Source: an uncultured delta proteobacterium
GTDB taxonomy: Bacteria; Myxococcota_A; Polyangia; Polyangiales; Houyiibacteriaceae
NCBI GenBank assembly: GCA_963699755.1
Contig: CAVOVB010000001.1
Span: 352,001-416,000 of the forward strand
Reading direction: 5' to 3'
DNA: 64,000 bases
The notes under the pieces were generated by a model. That model was given only the letters and a program-made list of their open reading frames with translations, was not told the origin of the DNA and did not search any database. Positions within the stretch are counted from its first letter, which is position 1. Each line of letters opens with the position of its first letter. Of the stretch, positions 58,354 through 64,000 are shown one piece after another. The translations under genes and the position numbers were made by a program.

Positions 58354-60603
58354 CTACGTCGCGTCGTCTCTCGTCCTGGATCTTGCTCTTCCATTGTCGG
58401 TGAGGACGCGCACCTCCAAGGGTGCGGAGCTGTCAATGTGAACGTCTCGCTGCGGGAATGCAATCACGAGCTCGTGTTGCCGGAAGAGGTCGTCGATCCG
58501 AAAGCGAACACGACTTTGTACCATCCGCATCTCCATCGGTGAGCGCGCCTTGACCCAAAAATAAACGTCGAAGATCAGTGCGTTGTCGCCGAAATCCTCG
58601 AATATGAGGACCGGCTCGGGGACTTGCAGAATCTGATCATCCTCGTCGATCACTCGCCTTATGAGCTGCTCGACCAGGCGAGTCGGTGACCCGTAGACCA
58701 CGCCCACACTGACTTTCGCGCGTATGAGGTCATCCGACAGCGTCCAGTTCACGACGTTGCTCTCCAAGAAGAAGCTGTTCGGTACGATGATGTGACGACC
58801 GTCGACAGACCGAATCTGTGTGCTGCGCGCGCCAATCTTTTCGATCGTGCCGTGATTGCCATCGACCTCCACGACGTCGTGCGCCCGCACGGGCCGTTCG
58901 AGCATGAGAATCAGCCCGCTGATGAAGTTGTTCATCACGTTCTGACTCCCGAACCCGACCCCTATCGCCAAAGCGCCGCCCAAGACTGTGAACGCGGTGA
59001 GCGGAAAGTGAATCGCGCGGAGAGCGAGCAGCGTGAATGCCGCGAGCAGCGCGTAGAAGCTCAGAGTCCGGAGCGCATGTGCAGCTCCCGCATCGAGCTT
59101 GAAGCGGCGTCGCGTCGTCTGCGCGACAAAGCTCGAGCCGCGCCGCGCCGCCCAAAGCCCGATGAGGAAGAGCAGGATTGCAAGAACGATCGACCCGGTT
59201 GTGATCGAAGCATCGTCGACCGTCGTAATCTCGTAATTCCACAGGTCGCCGGCCGTCTGCGCAGCTTGGGCGACATACTCCTGCCAATCGATGAGCTTCG
59301 TTTGATCACGAATCTCAGCGAGCACGCGCTCGGCAAACCTTAGGTCCGCGGCAGCCGCAGCGGCTTCTGCCTGCTGCTCGTCGTACAATCGAGACAGGGT
59401 GTCGACGTGTTCCAAAAGGGTTCGGTGTAGGTTCGAACCGGCAGGTGCCTTCGCGAGTTGGCGTCGGACCCCGTCGAGGTTGCGCCCGAGCTCCGAGACC
59501 CTCCCTGCGACTTCGCGCTCCATGTCGCCGAGCGCCGCGATCTCTTCTTCGGCCGAAGCTTCCCAGGCTTGCAGGTCGCCTCGAGGGGCCTGCCCTCGGA
59601 CCAAATAGTCCCAGTAGCTCCGGATTTGGCGCTGTCCTTGCTGACGCGAGAGCTGGGCCTGGGTCATTGCGATCTGTCGGCGCAACAGTTCCCGAAGCCC
59701 GGTGAGCGCCTCGACCTCGGCGAGCAACTCGGCCGACGGTTCGGCGCGACGGAGGTAGCGGTTCTGGGCCGCTTCGAGCGCGAGCTCCACACTTGCCAGG
59801 CGCCGCTCGGCAGCCTCGTGCCGCCGCGTGAGACCTCCTTCGCGTTCGGTCAAGGGGCTGACGCTGGGAGGCGAGCCTTCTCCACCTTTCAGAAGCATGT
59901 CGCGCATCTCCTCGATGCGACGTTCAAGCTCGGCGCGAGCTTCTGGATGCGCGACCTCTTGCAGGGCGCGCGCCTCGGTTCGACGCAGATACACTTCCTC
60001 CTGCGCCACGCGGCTTTCCAACTCTCGAAGCTCGAGCATTCTCGCGGCGCCGGCCCTGGCACCGGGCTCGGCCTCGGCGAGGAGGTCTCGCGCTTTCCGT
60101 CGCTCCTTTTCCGCCTGCTCGAGACGGTCCTTTGCGGCTTCGAGCGCGTCACGCGCTGCCCCGAGAAGCGCGTCGCGCTCCTCGCTTTGCGCCGCAATCG
60201 CGAAGTGCAGCTCGTAGAGCGCGTTCAACGCAAGTGGCGAAGGCGCCTCCGGCGGGGGCAGTTGGGACGCCTCTGCTGCCGGAGATGGCCGGGACAGGAT
60301 CGCGGCCTGATTGTCGAGGAGCTCACCGAGTTTGCGGAGTTTGTCTTGGAGGGCGCGCAGGTGGTCGACGTCAGCCTGATCCCCCTCGCGCAGCGTTTCC
60401 TCCAGGGCCCGAAGCTCGGACGTCAGCTCCGATCGACGGGCCGCGATCGCACTGGGGCCGGTCGGGTCCTGTACCGGCGCAGCCTCGCCGCTCGGTCCAC
60501 CAGGCAGGCCCGGAAACTCCTGCGCATCTGCAGTCGCGCAGAGGAGCAGCACGACGGCGACAGTCGAGATCCGGTCGAACGCCGATCGTGTGAACGTGAC
60601 CAT
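58354..60603 (-). CDS. Large MscS-family mechanosensitive channel with coiled-coil periplasmic domain
   Basis: Signal peptide; long helical region; GVGFGSQNVMNNFISGLIL..ERP, IIVPNS, NWT, IAFPQRDVH. Confidence 0.9.
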   Translation of the reverse strand: MVTFTRSAFDRISTVAVVLLLCATADAQEFPGLPGGPSGEAAPVQDPTGPSAIAARRSELTSELRALEETLREGDQADVDHLRALQDKLRKLGELLDNQAAILSRPSPAAEASQLPPPEAPSPLALNALYELHFAIAAQSEERDALLGAARDALEAAKDRLEQAEKERRKARDLLAEAEPGARAGAARMLELRELESRVAQEEVYLRRTEARALQEVAHPEARAELERRIEEMRDMLLKGGEGSPPSVSPLTEREGGLTRRHEAAERRLASVELALEAAQNRYLRRAEPSAELLAEVEALTGLRELLRRQIAMTQAQLSRQQGQRQIRSYWDYLVRGQAPRGDLQAWEASAEEEIAALGDMEREVAGRVSELGRNLDGVRRQLAKAPAGSNLHRTLLEHVDTLSRLYDEQQAEAAAAAADLRFAERVLAEIRDQTKLIDWQEYVAQAAQTAGDLWNYEITTVDDASITTGSIVLAILLFLIGLWAARRGSSFVAQTTRRRFKLDAGAAHALRTLSFYALLAAFTLLALRAIHFPLTAFTVLGGALAIGVGFGSQNVMNNFISGLILMLERPVRAHDVVEVDGNHGTIEKIGARSTQIRSVDGRHIIVPNSFFLESNVVNWTLSDDLIRAKVSVGVVYGSPTRLVEQLIRRVIDEDDQILQVPEPVLIFEDFGDNALIFDVYFWVKARSPMEMRMVQSRVRFRIDDLFRQHELVIAFPQRDVHIDSSAPLEVRVLTDNGRARSRTRDDAT

Positions 60604-60889
60604 CGCGACCCTTCCTGTATCACGATCGTGTCGAAGCCACTAATACGACTTGGCGCGTCTGCGCGAAGCTTCTGGCTAAGCACCGTTGAGAGCGTTACTC
60701 GCCATGGACGTCGAGCCAACCCACCTCATGAGGATTCAAGTCCTAGCGCTTGGGAGCGCTCTTGGTGCCTGGCAGACTCTCGAATCCGACTTCGAAGTCG
60801 ACCATCGTGGACCCGAGCTCCGCGAGGATGGACGGACCGCCACTGACCGAGGAGCGTCCTTGCCGCCGTTCGATTCGGACGATCGGCAT

Positions 60890-61110
60890 CTCTGATCAGT
60901 CTATCTTCAAGTCTTGGGAAGGCTGCCAAGAGGGTACCGTCTGGATCGGCCGACGCATTTCGGTGCCGCCGGCCCACGTCCCCGTCGGAACGGATCAACA
61001 GCGCGCCTTCAGGTTCGATTTCACAGGCTGCCTCAAGACGAGCGATGCCCTCCAAGGCCGATGAGGTCATGCGTCGAGCCTCTTAGCTCATCGGGCTCAT
61101 GCTGAGAGAG
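60890..61110 (-). pseudogene. Possible C-terminal remnant of an FAD-dependent monooxygenase
   Basis: Fragments STHDLIG and ACEIEPEGALLIRSDGDVG resemble STLDL...GALLVRPDGHV. Confidence 0.25.
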
Positions 61111-61396
61111 CGCCTCGTCGAAGGCACTGGCTACCATGGTGCCGTGCACCGCGGCATGATGATGCGTGGTGAGAACGTCGCCTCGATGTTTCGTGAAGTG
61201 GAGGGCTCGTGCCCCTCTCTCAGACCGACGAGGAGCGCGATCGGCTGCGACCTGTTGGGCGGCTTGCCCGTTCCGAAGAGCCTCAGCGTTGCACAGAAGC
61301 GAGCGCGGCGGTTTCATCATCGCCGCGGGTCGGGTGCATTGAGAGCGTCCGCATTGACCTGGATCGCGTGAGCGAAATAAGCGCCTCGAAGGCAGC

Positions 61397-62038
61397 CTAT
61401 GGGTTGGGCTCGATCAGCCGTCGGACCATGGCTGCACCCGTAGTGACGCCGAGAACGATCCCACCCGCAACGATCGCCCCCAGGAACCACAGAAGCCCGG
61501 GATTGGCGTCGCCAACGATTCGGAGACTCGCGACGACGACGGTTCCCATCGCGGCCGCGCTCAACCCCCAGCCGACTGCACTTGCTGCCACCCACGAACC
61601 AGCCCGACGAACCTGCGACCGCAAGACACGCCACTGCAACAGGCCGGCGATCGCTCCGCCGCAGGCAGTGACCAGGGTCCACCCCACAATGGCAGCAAGG
61701 CTCCCAAGTTCCTCCAGCTCCTCGGAGTAGCCGAAGATCAGGACTGCAACGCCATAGCCCGCGCCTCCAGCGATACCCAAGCCGGCAGCGCTTGCCGTTA
61801 CCCATGCGCCCGATCCGGAGACGCGCTTCCGAAGGACTCGCCATTGCATCAAGCCCACGGCCAACCCGACGAAGACCCCGAAAACGGAATACGCAAGGAC
61901 GCCCTGAACGGGGCCGGTTCCCACGAGGGGCTCCAAGGAACCGGCCACGTTCAAGCCAACTAGGAACCCTGCGAACCAGCCTGCTGTGGTTCCTCCCACC
62001 CAGAGCCGCCGAAACCGCCGGTCAGAATCGCTGTGCAT
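61397..62038 (-). CDS. Gly/Ala-rich integral membrane protein with an internal repeat
   Basis: GGAG RBS; repeated GL(M/L)QWRVLR...W(V)xASA; about 6 TM. Confidence 0.7.
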   Translation of the reverse strand: MHSDSDRRFRRLWVGGTTAGWFAGFLVGLNVAGSLEPLVGTGPVQGVLAYSVFGVFVGLAVGLMQWRVLRKRVSGSGAWVTASAAGLGIAGGAGYGVAVLIFGYSEELEELGSLAAIVGWTLVTACGGAIAGLLQWRVLRSQVRRAGSWVAASAVGWGLSAAAMGTVVVASLRIVGDANPGLLWFLGAIVAGGIVLGVTTGAAMVRRLIEPNP

Positions 62039-62169
62039 GCTTTCTCCATAGCCGATCGAATCCGTCAAACAAAACACGGCTGGTCATAGCGAATTCAAAG
62101 GCCCTGTCTGCGCTGTGAGTCACGCGACCTAGCATCTAGAACCGCGAAATTCAGCTCACGGACCGCCGC

Positions 62170-62400
62170 GGAGATCCGACCCACGTTGCCCGACACGAAA
62201 CCGTCGCCACGAAGCCGCCAAGCCCCTCGGAGATCCCGCGGAGATCCCGGAGATCCGACCCACGTTGCCCGGAGATCCCGGAGATCCGACCCACCTTGCC
62301 CGAAACGCAGGGAGCTTTGAGGGATTTGGCTGTGATCTCGTGAAGTGGCGCCCGCCGGCGGCCGCGCACGAAACCGTCGCCACGAAGCCGCCAAGCCCCT
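62170..62400. repeat. Left RAYT-associated repeat cluster
   Basis: AGATCCGACCCAC(G/C)TTG at 62172, 62251, 62282; GGAGATCCCG units; 34-bp direct repeat at 62194-62227 and 62367-62400. Confidence 0.85.
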
Positions 62401-62420
62401 GAAATCACGAGATCCCGGCT

Positions 62421-62436
62421 CGGCATGGCGTTCGCT
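62421..62436 (+). promoter_or_regulatory. Sigma-54-like -24/-12 promoter of the RAYT gene
   Basis: CGGCATGGCGTTCGCT (GG-N10-GC) 14 nt before the ATG. Confidence 0.45.
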
Positions 62437-62450
62437 TCTATCGACGCGGC

Positions 62451-63368
62451 ATGACCCGACCCCGCATTGTCGATCCGGGTGCTACCTTGGCGCTCTCTCG
62501 GCGGACCACGCGTCGCTATTTCCTCCTGAACCCCGACGAAGCGCGGCAGATGGAGCAGGTGTATTGGTATTGCCTCGCCTACGCGGCGAAGCTCCATGGC
62601 GTCTTGGTTCATGCAGCATGCCTCATGTCGACCCATTCCCATGAGGTCATCACCGATGTGCGAGGGGAGTATCCGAAGTTCCTGCAGACGTTTCACCGCT
62701 ACTTGGCGTTGTGCACCAAGGCCTATCGCGGGTGGCCCGAAGAGGTGTTCAACAAGGATAGCAGTGGCGCCCATGTGTTGCTGACGCCGGAAGCCACCAT
62801 GGAGGCCATCGCCTACCTGATTGCCAACCCCGTCGAGGGAGGAGCCGTACGGTATGCCAAAGACTGGCCCGGGGCGCACACCCTGCCGGCGCACGTCGGG
62901 ACGCGCGTCATCCGGGTGAAGCGGCCCAGGCACTACTTCGACCCCAACAATCCGGAGTGGCCCGAGGAGCTCAAGCTTCGCTTGGAGATGCCGGTCGCAC
63001 TCGAGCTCGACTACGGACCCGAGTTCGCTCGAGCGCGCATCGCGGAGCTGGTGCGGGGCCGACAGCATCAGGCGTGGAACAAGGCCAGGCGCACCGGTCT
63101 CGCGTTTGTGGGTCCGAGGCGTGTACTGCGACTTGCACACACCAAGCGCGCCAAGAGCTACGAGGTCTTCGGGAGCGTGAACCCGCAGTTTGCCACTGCA
63201 GGCAACCGAGTGGCTGCCACCGCGGCGGTGAAGCGGCTCCGGGCATTCCGGGCGCATTACGCACGCGCGCTCGCGGCGTGGACCGCCGGCGACCGAAGCG
63301 CGTTCTTCCCGCAAGGCACCTGGTGGATGCGGGTGTGCCATGGGGCGCGCTGTGGGCCTGGGCCGTAG
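62451..63368 (+). CDS. REP-associated tyrosine transposase (RAYT, HUH family)
   Basis: MTRPR..., RTTRRYFLL, CLMSTHSH (HUH), AYLIANPV, DWPG, FPQGTWWMR. Confidence 0.85.
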   Translation: MTRPRIVDPGATLALSRRTTRRYFLLNPDEARQMEQVYWYCLAYAAKLHGVLVHAACLMSTHSHEVITDVRGEYPKFLQTFHRYLALCTKAYRGWPEEVFNKDSSGAHVLLTPEATMEAIAYLIANPVEGGAVRYAKDWPGAHTLPAHVGTRVIRVKRPRHYFDPNNPEWPEELKLRLEMPVALELDYGPEFARARIAELVRGRQHQAWNKARRTGLAFVGPRRVLRLAHTKRAKSYEVFGSVNPQFATAGNRVAATAAVKRLRAFRAHYARALAAWTAGDRSAFFPQGTWWMRVCHGARCGPGP

Positions 63369-63524
63369 CGTACGAAAACCTGGCTGAGGATTTGGCGGCT
63401 GCCCTAGGGAGCAGAAGCGCAGGGGTGTATGGCGAGGGGCCGATTCGCTGCAGAGACGCCGCGAGAAGTCGGCCTTGGGCGATGAAATCGATGGCGCTGG
63501 CTGCCTTCATCGGGACGATTGCAC

Positions 63525-63780
63525 TGATCGCACGCTTACGGGCGGTGCTCGACGAGCTCCGTGTGGCTTTGCATCACCGCCAACGTCGGTTGGATCTTTG
63601 TGCATCACCGCCAACGTCGGTTGGATCTTTGATCGCACGCTTACGGGCGGTGCTCGACGAGCTCCGTGTGGCTTTGCATCACCGCCAACGTCGGTTGGAT
63701 CTTTGCATCACCGCCAACGTCGGTTGGATCTTTGATCTGGGTTGGATCTTTGGATCTTTTTTTTGTTGGTTGGATCTTTG
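63525..63780. repeat. Right RAYT-associated repeat cluster
   Basis: Tandem duplication of about 105 bp; TGCATCACCGCCAACGTCGGTTGGATCTTT x4; further GGATCTTT copies up to 63779. Confidence 0.88.
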
Positions 63781-63824
63781 TCAACTTGCTCGGCGGCGAG
63801 CCAAGCTCCACAACCCTCCGCAGC

Positions 63825-64000
63825 GTGCCGCAGCTCGACTTTCTCAAAGACCTCGTGGTCATCCTCGCAGCTGCCGTCGTCGTCGTCGTGGTGCTTCGCC
63901 GCCTCGGGGTTCCCGCGATCGCAGGCTTCATTCTCACGGGCGTGCTGATTGGGCCCACGACCCTGGAGCTCGTCGACGACACCCATCAAGTCGAAGTCCT
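63825..64000 (+). CDS. CPA2/Kef-type cation/H+ antiporter, N-terminal part (runs off window)
   Basis: VPQLDFLKDLVVILAAAVVVVVVLRRLGVPAIAGFILTGVLIGP. Confidence 0.75.
   Translation, partial: MPQLDFLKDLVVILAAAVVVVVVLRRLGVPAIAGFILTGVLIGPTTLELVDDTHQVEV

Noticed and set aside
61200..61260. Integron attC site (GCCCAAC...GCAGCCGATCGCG on the minus strand)
   Set aside because: Resembles a left half only; no complementary R' box at suitable distance and no integron integrase in the window
63525..63780. CRISPR array
   Set aside because: The 30-bp units are adjacent or separated by an identical sequence rather than unique spacers; no cas genes; better explained as RAYT-linked repeats

Overview
GC-rich bacterial window; its gene families (AgmX/PglI-type lipoproteins, a Cys-rich copper-monooxygenase-like lipoprotein, a RAYT) suggest Myxococcota (inference). 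The left half is mostly intact: a Fur/PerR-ahpC-dps operon with a perfect 7-1-7 operator, a tandem cation/H+ antiporter pair, rlmI, a GT39 mannosyltransferase, an esterase and a Baeyer-Villiger monooxygenase. It also holds a psrABC-type polysulfide/thiosulfate reductase operon extended by two half-size YeeE genes and a rhodanese lacking its catalytic Cys, plus LysR-dabBA (inorganic carbon pump). The right half is an accessory mosaic: DUF169, transglutaminase, DUF481 barrel, decayed IS3, TMEM175, DUF1254/1214, NhaP-like antiporter, norCBQD with a dihaem NorC, an IS91/ISCR remnant, a DUF1016-N/thermonuclease fusion, a tRNA-Lys 3' fragment (att-like) next to structured repeats, corA, a large MscS, and a RAYT flanked by inverted repeat arrays. 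Many accessory genes carry internal deletions, frameshifts or stops. Best candidates for undescribed biology: the psr-YeeE-YeeE-'dead rhodanese with C-terminal Cys arm' sulfur relay, the haem c/copper-monooxygenase lipoprotein, the DUF1016-N/SNase fusion and the RAYT with non-canonical repeats. All family calls come from motif recognition by eye; no searches were run.
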